This document shows, in pieces, positions 1 to 7,950 of a stretch of 30,523 bases of DNA (within the stretch, counting starts at the first letter, position 1; the number at the start of each line of letters is the position of its first letter). The stretch covers positions 5,676-36,198 of the forward strand of contig CAZDND010000001.1 of NCBI GenBank assembly GCA_964506825.1, in the 5' to 3' direction. The position numbers were made by a program, and so were the translations under genes. This DNA is from an uncultured Syntrophothermus sp. Lineage in GTDB: Bacteria; Bacillota; Syntrophomonadia; Syntrophomonadales; DTU052. The notes beneath the pieces are model-generated. The model saw only the letters and a program-made list of their open reading frames with translations, ran no database searches and was not told the DNA's origin.

Positions 1-450
1 AATCAAGCGGGAATCGGGATAATGGACGGAAGTCCACAGACAATGGGGGCAGCCATTCAATATGCGCGTTTAAGGGGAAAGGGCCTCTATGCAATGAAGG
101 CTCTGGCCGGGGGTAATTTGATCGGAGATGCCTTCTCAGCCTTCCATTATGTAAGGGCCATCCCTGGGCTGTCATCAGTAGCGGTAGGAATGAAGAGCAG
201 AGACGAAATCGATCTCAACCTCACCTGGTTTGAAGGGCTGCGGGATCAAGAGTTGGAGTCCAGGGTTGCGAAGACACCGCGAAGGCTCTTGATCGAGGAG
301 TGGTGCGAAGGTTGCGGCCTATGTGCGGTGGCTTGCAGGCATCAGGCATTGGAAGTAATCGAAACCCGGGCGGTGGTGAACCAAGGGATGTGCTCCCTGT
401 GCGGCTATTGTGCAGCTTACTGTCCTAATTTCTGCATCAAGGTGTTGTAG
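1..450 (+). CDS. Aldo/keto reductase family protein with C-terminal 2x[4Fe-4S] ferredoxin domain (5'-partial)
   Basis: Frame is open from base 1 (NQAGIGIMDG...), so the true start lies upstream of the window. AKR-like segments YAMKALAGG and VAVGMKS..EI, and two CxxCxxCxxxC motifs (CEGCGLCAVAC, CSLCGYCAAYCP). Confidence 0.85.
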   Translation, partial: NQAGIGIMDGSPQTMGAAIQYARLRGKGLYAMKALAGGNLIGDAFSAFHYVRAIPGLSSVAVGMKSRDEIDLNLTWFEGLRDQELESRVAKTPRRLLIEEWCEGCGLCAVACRHQALEVIETRAVVNQGMCSLCGYCAAYCPNFCIKVL

Positions 451-471
451 AGGGGAAAAGGAAGGCAAGAG

Positions 472-924
472 ATGAGGATATTGGCCCTGGATGTAGGGAG
501 CAAACGAATAGGTTTGGCGGTAAGCGATGGACTTGGAATTACTGCCCAGGGACTGGGAGTGATTCAGCGCCGCACCCTGGAAATGGATCTGGAGGCCCTG
601 CGCAAGACGGTTTCGGAAAACGAGATATCAAGTTTACTAATAGGTCTGCCACTCAACATGAATGGGACCGTTGGAGAAAAAGCCCTGGAGGTCAAGGAAT
701 TAGGTGAAATACTCCAGAAAGAGCTGGGACTTCCGGTTGAGTATCAAGACGAAAGACTCAGTACCAAAGCAGTGGAGGGAACTCTAATATCCGCCGATGT
801 ACGAAGAAGCAAACGCCGCCAGGTTGTAGACAAGCTAGCGGCGGCATATATTCTGCAGGGTTATCTTGATCGAAAAAATTCGGAAAAGAGAAGGGCATTG
901 TTGACAAAGGACCAGATTGATTAA
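472..924 (+). CDS. ruvX: YqgF/RuvX Holliday junction resolvase-like nuclease (pre-16S rRNA processing)
   Basis: Motifs RILALDVGSKRIGLAVSD, IGLPLNMNG, DERLST and VDKLAAAYILQGYL; typical position upstream of DUF1292 and mltG. Confidence 0.95.
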   Translation: MRILALDVGSKRIGLAVSDGLGITAQGLGVIQRRTLEMDLEALRKTVSENEISSLLIGLPLNMNGTVGEKALEVKELGEILQKELGLPVEYQDERLSTKAVEGTLISADVRRSKRRQVVDKLAAAYILQGYLDRKNSEKRRALLTKDQID

Positions 925-930
925 TACAAT
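901..930 (+). promoter_or_regulatory. SigA-type promoter inside the ruvX 3' end, driving the DUF1292 gene
   Basis: TTGACA (901-906), 18-nt spacer, TACAAT (925-930), 34 nt before the TTG start at 965. Confidence 0.7.
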
Positions 931-964
931 GATTTTGGTTAATTAATAGAATTGGGGTGTAATT

Positions 965-1291
965 TTGGACAGAGATGATTTTAAGGATGATCTGGAGCTG
1001 GAAGAAGAGGAGTATGAGGTTCTCATTCTGGTCGATGAGGATGGGGAAGAGCATTCTTTCGAGCTGATAGCCGAACTGGAAATCGACGACCAGCATTATG
1101 TAATCGTGATTCCCCTGGATGAGGATGAAGATGAGGACGAAGAAGAAATCGACATCACAATACTCAAAGCTACCTACGACGACGAAGGCAACATGTATCT
1201 GGCCGACATTGAAGATGACGACGAATGGGAGAAGGTAGCCGACGCCTGGCAGGAGCTGGTAGACAGCGAAGAAGGCGATGATATCGACTAA
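965..1291 (+). CDS. DUF1292 family (YrzB-like) acidic protein
   Basis: Very acidic 108-aa protein, ILVDEDGEEHSFELIAELEIDDQHYVIVIP...DDDEWEKV; RBS GGGGTG before TTG; expected position after ruvX. Confidence 0.88.
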   Translation: MDRDDFKDDLELEEEEYEVLILVDEDGEEHSFELIAELEIDDQHYVIVIPLDEDEDEDEEEIDITILKATYDDEGNMYLADIEDDDEWEKVADAWQELVDSEEGDDID

Positions 1292-1317
1292 AAGAAGCCT
1301 TACGGCTTCTTTTTTTT
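1291..1317 (+). terminator. Rho-independent terminator after DUF1292
   Basis: AAAGAAGCC-TTAC-GGCTTCTTT followed by a T-run. Confidence 0.9.
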
Positions 1318-1358
1318 AGATGGAAGAGCGGGTCAAAATCGCTCGGGAGGATATAGTA

Positions 1359-2822
1359 TTGTCCAAATTACAGAAGAAAATCCTGGTTTTCGTCCTGGCT
1401 CTGCTCGTATGCGGGGGGACCGGTTCTTACCTGTGGGCAGCTGAGCACCCGATTACCGGGTTGTCATTTCCCATAGGGACCTGGATAGCCGGGAAGGATG
1501 TTAGCGGCCTCAACAACCAGAAGGCCATCGAGCTGCTGAAGCAACAGACTGAAGGATTTAAGGAAGTCACCTACAAAGTAAGCAATGAACCTTTTCCGGT
1601 ATTTAGTGTTAAAGCAGGCGATTTGGGGGCTGGACTGGACATATCTGGCGCGGTGGAAAAGGTAGCCGCCATAGAAGGCGAAAGAAGTGTATTCCAGAAG
1701 CTGTTCCAAGTTGAACGGCGCGATTATCCGATGGATTTCAAGGTGACCTACGATCAGGAAAAATATTTGGAGACCATGGCTAGTCTTAGTTTGAACCTGG
1801 AGAAGCCTGGGGGCGTATGCCGGGTGATGTGGGGGGCCGATGGTGCACCATATCAAGTTGCCGGCCAGACTCGGTTGAGAGTCGACCGGGAAGCTTCGTT
1901 TAAGAATCTCCCGGCTGTCTACCGGGGAGAAGAACAATTGGCATGGCAGATGGTAGGAGTAGTCGACACCTCCAAAGTAGAGTCGGAGCAAATTCAGGGG
2001 CAGGAGAAACTGGGGAGCTATACTACATTGTATGATCCCGGTAACATAAATAGAACTTTCAATCTGAAAAAAGGCACCCAGGCATTGCATGGGGCAACGA
2101 TTCTACCCGGGCAGGTATTTTCTTTTGGGACTACTGTCGGCCCGATAAGCGCTAGCGCGGGTTACAAAGAAGCCAACGTGATCGTGCAAAACGAGTTTAC
2201 TCCTGGTATTGGCGGAGGTATATGCCAAGTATCATCAACCCTTTATAATGCTGCTCTCTTAGCCAATTTGCCCATAGTTGAACGCCATAATCACAGCATA
2301 ACCGTGCCTTATTTACCGCCGGGACTGGATGCAACTGTATCTTATGGTTCCAAGGATCTTAGATTCAGGAACAATACCGAATACCCGCTGTGCATCAAGA
2401 CCTATGTGGGTGGAGGTAAACTGACCATGGAGATTCTGGGGCAAAAAACCGGTCCTTCAGTAAATGCCCAGATTGAACGCCAGATTCTGGGGACAACCGC
2501 CTTTAAAACCATACGAAAAGCGGATCCGAGTATTCCGTTCGGAACAGAAAAAGTCGACCACAACGGACAAAATGGTTATTCGGTGAAAACATATCGGAAT
2601 GTTATTGATGCCAGTGGTCAGCCGATAAAACGGGAACTGATATCTACTGACTACTACAAACCGCTGGATAAACTGATATTGGTGGGCAGCAAAGGCGAAC
2701 CTGCCCCAGAACCTGCTCCGGAGGAGACGGATGGTATTGATACCGCACCGGACGAACCCGATACGGCTGGTGAAGACCCGTTTGAATCGGATCCGGGCGA
2801 TGATATCGACATAGAATTCTAA
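1359..2822 (+). CDS. VanW family cell-envelope protein with N-terminal membrane anchor, C-terminal G5 domain and acidic tail
   Basis: N-terminal hydrophobic helix; VanW core NRTFNL...GGGICQVSSTLYNAALLANLPIVERHNHS...GLDATVSYGSKDLRFRN; G5-like segment ending YYKPLDKLILVG. Start moved to TTG 1359 because GGAGG lies just upstream; the ORF track start is 1320. Confidence 0.88.
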   Translation: MSKLQKKILVFVLALLVCGGTGSYLWAAEHPITGLSFPIGTWIAGKDVSGLNNQKAIELLKQQTEGFKEVTYKVSNEPFPVFSVKAGDLGAGLDISGAVEKVAAIEGERSVFQKLFQVERRDYPMDFKVTYDQEKYLETMASLSLNLEKPGGVCRVMWGADGAPYQVAGQTRLRVDREASFKNLPAVYRGEEQLAWQMVGVVDTSKVESEQIQGQEKLGSYTTLYDPGNINRTFNLKKGTQALHGATILPGQVFSFGTTVGPISASAGYKEANVIVQNEFTPGIGGGICQVSSTLYNAALLANLPIVERHNHSITVPYLPPGLDATVSYGSKDLRFRNNTEYPLCIKTYVGGGKLTMEILGQKTGPSVNAQIERQILGTTAFKTIRKADPSIPFGTEKVDHNGQNGYSVKTYRNVIDASGQPIKRELISTDYYKPLDKLILVGSKGEPAPEPAPEETDGIDTAPDEPDTAGEDPFESDPGDDIDIEF

Positions 2823-2869
2823 CAGAAATCTTGGATTCGTCAGGGAACTCCGGTAAAGGAGATTTAGAA

Positions 2870-3889
2870 ATGAAAAGCAATGTTTTTCGCACCCGGAGAA
2901 TTATTACGGTTTTGGCACTGGCTTTCTTAGTGGTTTTAGTTGTTGGATTGGGATATGGCTATGTAAACCGGCAGATGGCCCCGGTTAATTCTGCTGATAA
3001 TACTCCGGTGGAGGTGGTTGTGGCTCCCAATTCGAACACCTACGGGATTGCGGCAGACTTGGCGGACAAGGGACTGATTAAGAATGAAAAGTACTTTATC
3101 TGGTATTGCCGCTTGAACAATTATGATTCACGGCTTCAGGCAGGCCGCTATCAATTCGGTCCCAACCAGGGGGTGAGGGAGATTGTATCACTTTTGATCG
3201 ATGGAAAGGTAATGACCAGGACCATAACCATTCCCGAGGGATACGAATTGGACCAAATAGGGGAACTGGCAGTAACTATGGGGATATGCACTTCCGAAGA
3301 GTGGCAGGAAGCTGCCATGGCTGATTATGACTATGGTTATTTACAGGATATACCGCAGCGTGAAAACCGTCTGGAAGGATTTCTTTACCCTGAAACCTAC
3401 AGCATCCGGGACGAGACCCAGGCGAAAGGGTTGATCGAAATGATGTTGAAAACTTTCGATGAGGTCTGGAACCAGGAATTCGCATCACTGGCAGAAGCCG
3501 AGGGGATGACCGTCTTCCAGACTATCACCCTGGCATCCATGATTGAGAAAGAAGCCAGGTTTGACGAAGAGCGGGCTCGTATTGCGGGCGTCATTAATAA
3601 CCGACTGGAAGCCCACATGCCTCTGCAAATCGACGCTACGGTGCTGTATAGCTTGGGAGAACACAAGGAACGGGTCTTATATAAGGATCTGGAGATAGAT
3701 TCACCCTACAATACCTACCGGAATGCCGGTCTGCCTCCTGGACCTATTGGCTCCCCGGGATCTGCCAGTATCAGAGCAGCCCTGGAACCAGAGGCCCATG
3801 ATTTCTATTATTATGTGGCAACGGAGGATGGGCACCACACCTTTTCCCGGACCTACACCCAACACCTCGAGCAAAAGAACCTGAATTAA
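2870..3889 (+). CDS. mltG: Endolytic transglycosylase MltG (YceG)
   Basis: TM anchor; motifs LQAGRY, ITIPEG, LEGFLYPETY, LASMIEKEA (catalytic Glu), LQIDATV and SPYNTY...GLPPGPI. ATG 2870 follows AAGGAG; the ORF track start is 2831. Confidence 0.95.
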   Translation: MKSNVFRTRRIITVLALAFLVVLVVGLGYGYVNRQMAPVNSADNTPVEVVVAPNSNTYGIAADLADKGLIKNEKYFIWYCRLNNYDSRLQAGRYQFGPNQGVREIVSLLIDGKVMTRTITIPEGYELDQIGELAVTMGICTSEEWQEAAMADYDYGYLQDIPQRENRLEGFLYPETYSIRDETQAKGLIEMMLKTFDEVWNQEFASLAEAEGMTVFQTITLASMIEKEARFDEERARIAGVINNRLEAHMPLQIDATVLYSLGEHKERVLYKDLEIDSPYNTYRNAGLPPGPIGSPGSASIRAALEPEAHDFYYYVATEDGHHTFSRTYTQHLEQKNLN

Positions 3890-3927
3890 AAGGCAATTTG
3901 TCTCAACAGGTAACAGAAAGGCAGATA

Positions 3928-5145
3928 ATGCGTCCAAAACCGGAATTGGTAGCCCCTGCGGGAAATCTTGAAAAATTGAAGACCGCTATTGATTTTGGCG
4001 CCGATGCAGTCTACCTCGGCGGCCAGAACTTCAGCTTGAGAGCTATGGCGGATAATTTTATCCTTGAGGATATGGTGCTGGGTGTTGAGTACGCCCATGA
4101 CCGTGGGCGTAAAGTATATGTCACCGTAAATATTTTCGCTCACAACCGGGATATTGAACAACTCCCCGATTATCTCAATCAATTGGAGCGTCTGAGGGTT
4201 GATGGACTCATAGTCAGCGACCCCGGAGTGTTGTTGCTGGTCCGGGAATATGCACCGAACCTGCCGATCACCATCAGTACCCAGGCCAATGTTACCAATT
4301 ATCTAAGTGCCGATTTCTACCGTCGCCAAGGGGCTTCCCGGGTGGTGCTGGCTCGCGAGTTAAGTATCCAGGAAATTGCGGTGATCAGGCAGAAAATCGA
4401 TATAGACCTGGAAGTCTTCGTGCATGGGGCCATGTGCCTTTCCTACTCCGGACGCTGCTGGCTGTCGCAAGCTATGACCGGCAGAAGCGCCAACCAGGGA
4501 AAATGCGCACATCCATGCCGCTACCGTTATGTTCTTCAGGAAGAAAAACGACCAGGAGAATTCTTCCCGGTGGAGGAAGATGACCGGGGGACTTATGTAA
4601 TGAACTCCAAGGACCTGTGCATGATAGGCGATTTATCGGCCTTGACCCGGGCGGGGGTTGACTCGTTTAAGATCGAAGGCCGAATGAAGAGCCCCTACTA
4701 TGTGGCATCGGTGGTGAAAGTCTATCGTGAGGCTATCGATGCCATTGTTGCTGGGGGCGATTTGGAACAGGAAAAATGGATGAATCAGCTGGAGAGGGTA
4801 GCGACCCGCCCCTTTACGGCTGGATTTGCCCATGGCAATCCTGATGATGCTCAGGATCTGAGCCGGACTCTCATACCGAGGCAGGTCCTTTTTTGCGGGG
4901 TTGTGAGGGGCGGGGACCCACAAATGGGTCGACTTCTGATTGAACAGCGAGCTCCCTTCAGAGTTGGAAACACCCTGGAGATACTTACTCCGGGGCAAAA
5001 GATCTCCCTCTTGACTGTCGGGGAGATATTCAATGCCGATGGTGATTCGGTAGATGTGGCCCGCCATCCTCAGGAAATGGTCTGGATCGAATGTGAAAAG
5101 CAATATCCTCCGGGGACACTTCTGGGAAAGGTTGCGGATGAATGA
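3928..5145 (+). CDS. Peptidase U32 family Fe-S protein (TrhP/YrrO-like tRNA U34 hydroxylase)
   Basis: Motifs PELVAPAG, GADAVYLGG, VVLARELS, EVFVHGAMCLSYSGRC, RSANQGKCAHPCR (four conserved Cys), NSKDL and FKIEGRMK. Start chosen at ATG 3928; the ORF track start is 3898. Confidence 0.9.
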   Translation: MRPKPELVAPAGNLEKLKTAIDFGADAVYLGGQNFSLRAMADNFILEDMVLGVEYAHDRGRKVYVTVNIFAHNRDIEQLPDYLNQLERLRVDGLIVSDPGVLLLVREYAPNLPITISTQANVTNYLSADFYRRQGASRVVLARELSIQEIAVIRQKIDIDLEVFVHGAMCLSYSGRCWLSQAMTGRSANQGKCAHPCRYRYVLQEEKRPGEFFPVEEDDRGTYVMNSKDLCMIGDLSALTRAGVDSFKIEGRMKSPYYVASVVKVYREAIDAIVAGGDLEQEKWMNQLERVATRPFTAGFAHGNPDDAQDLSRTLIPRQVLFCGVVRGGDPQMGRLLIEQRAPFRVGNTLEILTPGQKISLLTVGEIFNADGDSVDVARHPQEMVWIECEKQYPPGTLLGKVADE

Positions 5146-5378
5146 TAGATAGGGAGATAATCGTCTGCCGCCTGAATCCGGTACATATTAATATCCTGAA
5201 TCGCATTTTTGAGGGTATGGACGGGATTGGCATCGTAAGCACTCTGGACGCCCGGGAGGGCCTGATCAGGGTTTTGGTCACCCCGACTACCTATGACGAT
5301 GCCTTGGCTATCATTCGGACTGCTCCTTGCCCTGTCGAGATCCTGGCGACATTTCCGGAGACACATCCCCAACCATGA
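5142..5378 (+). CDS. DUF4911-like small protein
   Basis: 78 aa, INILNRIFEGMDGIGIVSTLD pattern; ATGA overlap with the U32 stop. Confidence 0.7.
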   Translation: MIDREIIVCRLNPVHINILNRIFEGMDGIGIVSTLDAREGLIRVLVTPTTYDDALAIIRTAPCPVEILATFPETHPQP

Positions 5379-5392
5379 GCACCAAACCACAA

Positions 5393-5427
5393 AACACCCC
5401 TGGCAGATAAATTCACCAAGGGGTGTT
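5393..5427. terminator. Hairpin between convergent genes, probable bidirectional terminator
   Basis: AACACCCC-TGG ... CCA-A-GGGGTGTT inverted repeat between the DUF4911 stop (5378) and the CoA-transferase stop (5434). Confidence 0.65.
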
Positions 5428-5433
5428 GCAATT

Positions 5434-6761
5434 CTACGGTATATAGTTCATCTTGCGAGCCTCGAAGCGTAACCAATCCCGAAAATCTGGATGAGCTATG
5501 TTTATGAGTTCCTCAACCCTTCTCCTCATGTGCTGACCCTTCAAGAAGGCCACCCCGTATTCGGTTACAATATATTGCACGTCAGTGCGTGGTACTGTGA
5601 CTGCAGAACCTGGGGCCAGGAAGGGAACAATCCTGGATTGCAATCGGCCCTGTTTATCGGTATAGGTTGAATAGAGCGTCAGGAAGGACTTGCCCTCCCT
5701 GGAATGTACGGCACCCTGGACAAAATCAAGCTGCCCACCGGTACCCGAGTACTGTTTGTGGCCTATGGATTCTGAATTGCACTGTCCGCCCAGATCCACT
5801 TCCAGAGTGCAATTTACAGAAATCATCTTGTTGTTGCGGGCTATTATATTGGGGTTATTAACATAACTGGCCGGCAGCATTTCTATCAGGGGATTGTTGT
5901 TAACAAATTCATACAGCCGCTGTGAACCAAGGATGAAAGTGGCGATCATTTTATTGGTGTGGAAATTTTTCTTGGTACAAGTAATCGCTCCGGATTCATA
6001 GAGGTCCAGCATGGAATCAACCATCATTTCCGTATGCACTCCCAAATCCTTCTTATCCTTCAGAAATGTGGCGACGGCATTGGGGACCTTGCCTATTCCC
6101 AGTTGCAGGCAAGAACCATTCTCTACCATATCGGCCACGTAGCTGCCGATGGTTCGGTCCCGTTCCTCGATCCTGTTTCCTGCTAGTGGTACCAGGGGTT
6201 GATGGTTTTCAATTACCGCACTCACTTCTGAGATGTGGTATTGTTTCCAAAAGTGCGCGGCATAAGATTATTTACCTCTAAAATAAGGTGGCGCCTGAAC
6301 GGGTGCTTTTTAGCCGCTTCCCAAGCATAATCGCAATTGGTACCGGTACTGAAAAAACCGTGTTCATCCATGGGAGCAACTTGGTGGATCATCACCGCCG
6401 GGTGGGGGGAGGCAACCACAGCCCGGGTGAATTCCGAGAGTCGCAGGGGACTAAAGGTAAATATGCCTCGCTGAGTGCCTTCCCTGGGATGCTGGCCCAA
6501 AAAATTTTGGTTGATGAGGATGCGGTCTGCCAGGTCAAAATTATAAATACCGCTGTCCCGAACCGTCAGTCCCCCAAAGAGATTCATGTCCCATAGTTCA
6601 CTCTTTTCAATACGGGATGCAAACGCCTCCATTAAAGTGGGTGGTATTCCATTGGCAAAGGGAATCATCACCGCATCGCCAGGATTGAGCAACGCCATGG
6701 CCTCATCGGGTGTGGACAATTTTTCAGTGTACATTTGCCGCCATCTATTTTGGATTTTCAA
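5434..6761 (-). pseudogene. Acetyl-CoA hydrolase/transferase family (butyryl- or 4-hydroxybutyryl-CoA:acetate CoA-transferase-like), split by a frameshift near 6238-6240
   Basis: N half: TTG 6761 after GGAGGT, WRQMYTEKLSTPDEA...APMDEHGFFSTG...EVNNLMPRTFG. C half: LQLGIGKVPNAV, DLGVHTEMMVD (catalytic Glu), GTGGQLDFVQGA, VTEYGVA. The joint reads GGA AAC AAT AC CAC ATC TCA GAA GTG, which restores the family-like ..HISEVSAVIE only after a frameshift. Confidence 0.85.
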
Positions 6762-6795
6762 TACACCTCCCGGGGACCCGCAATTGAGATTAGAA

Positions 6796-6842
6796 ACATT
6801 TAGTGGTTCAGAGGTCTGAGAAATGAACCACAACTAATATGT
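6796..6842. promoter_or_regulatory. Inverted repeat 35-80 nt upstream of the CoA-transferase start
   Basis: GTGGTTCA (6803-6810) and TGAACCAC (6824-6831), extendable imperfectly to ACATTTAG...CTAATATGT. Confidence 0.45.
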
Positions 6843-7073
6843 TCCACAATCTTAGAAGATTTCCCTTTATTCAGGCCATAAATATTTGATCTGCTATGAC
6901 CAAACTCCAGGAATGTTATTTGGGTCACTTCGAGAGCGGACAGAGCATGGAATGAAGCGGGGGCAGGCGGTTCTGGAAAAGCAGGGCATTAAGTAGTAGA
7001 CTGCAGCTTTTAAAACGTCTACAGTCTCCTACTCACGATTAAAATCAGTCATTGATTATGCTGACGCCATGAC

Positions 7074-7118
7074 AAAAAACAAACCCCCGCAGGCATTCGA
7101 AATGGAATCCTTCGGGGT
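7074..7118 (-). terminator. Rho-independent terminator of the Gre-family gene
   Basis: Minus strand ACCCCGAAGGATTC-CATTTC-GAATGCCTGCGGGGGT followed by TTGTTTTTT. Confidence 0.75.
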
Positions 7119-7171
7119 ATATTGGACACTGTGTTTGGTGTCAAGGAGATGACATCCTTGATCCCGGGCGT

Positions 7172-7612
7172 TTACAGGCTGATCGATTGGATGCGGTACT
7201 GCACCAAGCCCGCAGGAACTTCAACGGTCACCTCATCATTGATGGAACGCAGCAGAATAGACCGGCCAACTGGTGAGATGCAGGAGATCGATCCCCGCTG
7301 CCTGTTATCGACGCATGGACCGGTAATCTTGAGATTAACCGATTTATTGCGATTGAGATCCCAAAGACTGACCTCGCTGTTGACTACTACAAAGGGCAGC
7401 TGGTGGTCGTCGGTTTCCTCCCGATGGGCAGAGCTTAGAAGCGCTGAGATCTGATCAACGTAGGAACTCATATACTTTTCAAACTCCGATCGTTCGTTGG
7501 AGAGGCAGGGAAAAAGGCGATCCAGCACCTGGTCCTTTTCCTTTTTTACCGATTCCAAGTGTTCATTAAGACGTTTATAAGCCAGGTTCGACAATTGGAT
7601 GTTTCTCATCAT
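7172..7612 (-). CDS. GreA/GreB-family (Gre/Rnk/Gfh1-like) transcription factor paralog
   Basis: N-terminal coiled coil plus C-terminal Gre domain (VVVNSEVSL...ISCISPVGRSILLR...VTVEVPAGLVQYRI). ATG 7612 follows GAGGTG; the ORF track start is 7651. The canonical GDLSENAEY tip is absent. Confidence 0.8.
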   Translation of the reverse strand: MMRNIQLSNLAYKRLNEHLESVKKEKDQVLDRLFPCLSNERSEFEKYMSSYVDQISALLSSAHREETDDHQLPFVVVNSEVSLWDLNRNKSVNLKITGPCVDNRQRGSISCISPVGRSILLRSINDEVTVEVPAGLVQYRIQSISL

Positions 7613-7662
7613 AGCACCTCGAAGATAATTACATAAATTGACATATGTCACATAAAACTAGA

Positions 7663-7691
7663 GGGCGCTTCGCTTTGTCGGCGAAACACCC
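7663..7691 (-). promoter_or_regulatory. Leader hairpin (attenuator or pause-like) of the Gre-family gene
   Basis: GGGUGUUUCGC-CGACAAA-GCGAAGCGCCC forms 11 consecutive pairs including 2 G-U, followed by UCUAGUUUU. It lies just after the predicted transcription start. Confidence 0.6.
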
Positions 7692-7700
7692 ATTACCAAC

Positions 7701-7729
7701 AAGATATCATAACATACAATAGATGTCAA
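7701..7729 (-). promoter_or_regulatory. SigA-type promoter of the Gre-family gene
   Basis: Minus strand TTGACA (7729-7724), 17-nt spacer ending in TGA, then TATCTT (7706-7701), an extended -10. Confidence 0.7.
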
Positions 7730-7770
7730 ACCAGTATCTCATTACCATTTAATGCAAACAAGGAGATTTA

Positions 7771-7872
7771 ATGGAAGCTAAGGGCTTTTATCCTCGTGTG
7801 AGTATCCGCCGGTCATATATATCTCTGCAATTAAATTGCTGGCGAAGGACTATGTTCACTGGCCTCAGATAA
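7771..7872 (+). CDS. Possible small ORF, 33 aa (MEAKGFYPRVSIRRSYISLQLNCWRRTMFTGLR)
   Basis: AAGGAG (7760-7765) lies 5 nt before the ATG. No recognisable homology. Confidence 0.25.
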   Translation: MEAKGFYPRVSIRRSYISLQLNCWRRTMFTGLR

Positions 7873-7950
7873 AATTCACATGGCCTAAAGAAGGAATAAT
7901 GGTGCTGTCGAAGTAATTACAGAACATAGGTATTATCAATGTAATGAGAT

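Noticed and set aside
6222-6224. Selenocysteine readthrough of the TGA in the CoA-transferase
   Set aside because: The continuation lies in a different frame, so readthrough would not join the halves.
6811-6831. CTGAGA...TGAACC resembling a TPP riboswitch
   Set aside because: It is on the wrong strand for the downstream gene and lacks the rest of the TPP consensus.
6886-7027. 36-codon plus-strand ORF ending AVLEKQGIK followed by an AGACTG...CAGTCT hairpin, possibly a gene remnant
   Set aside because: No RBS and no recognisable family; too weak to call.
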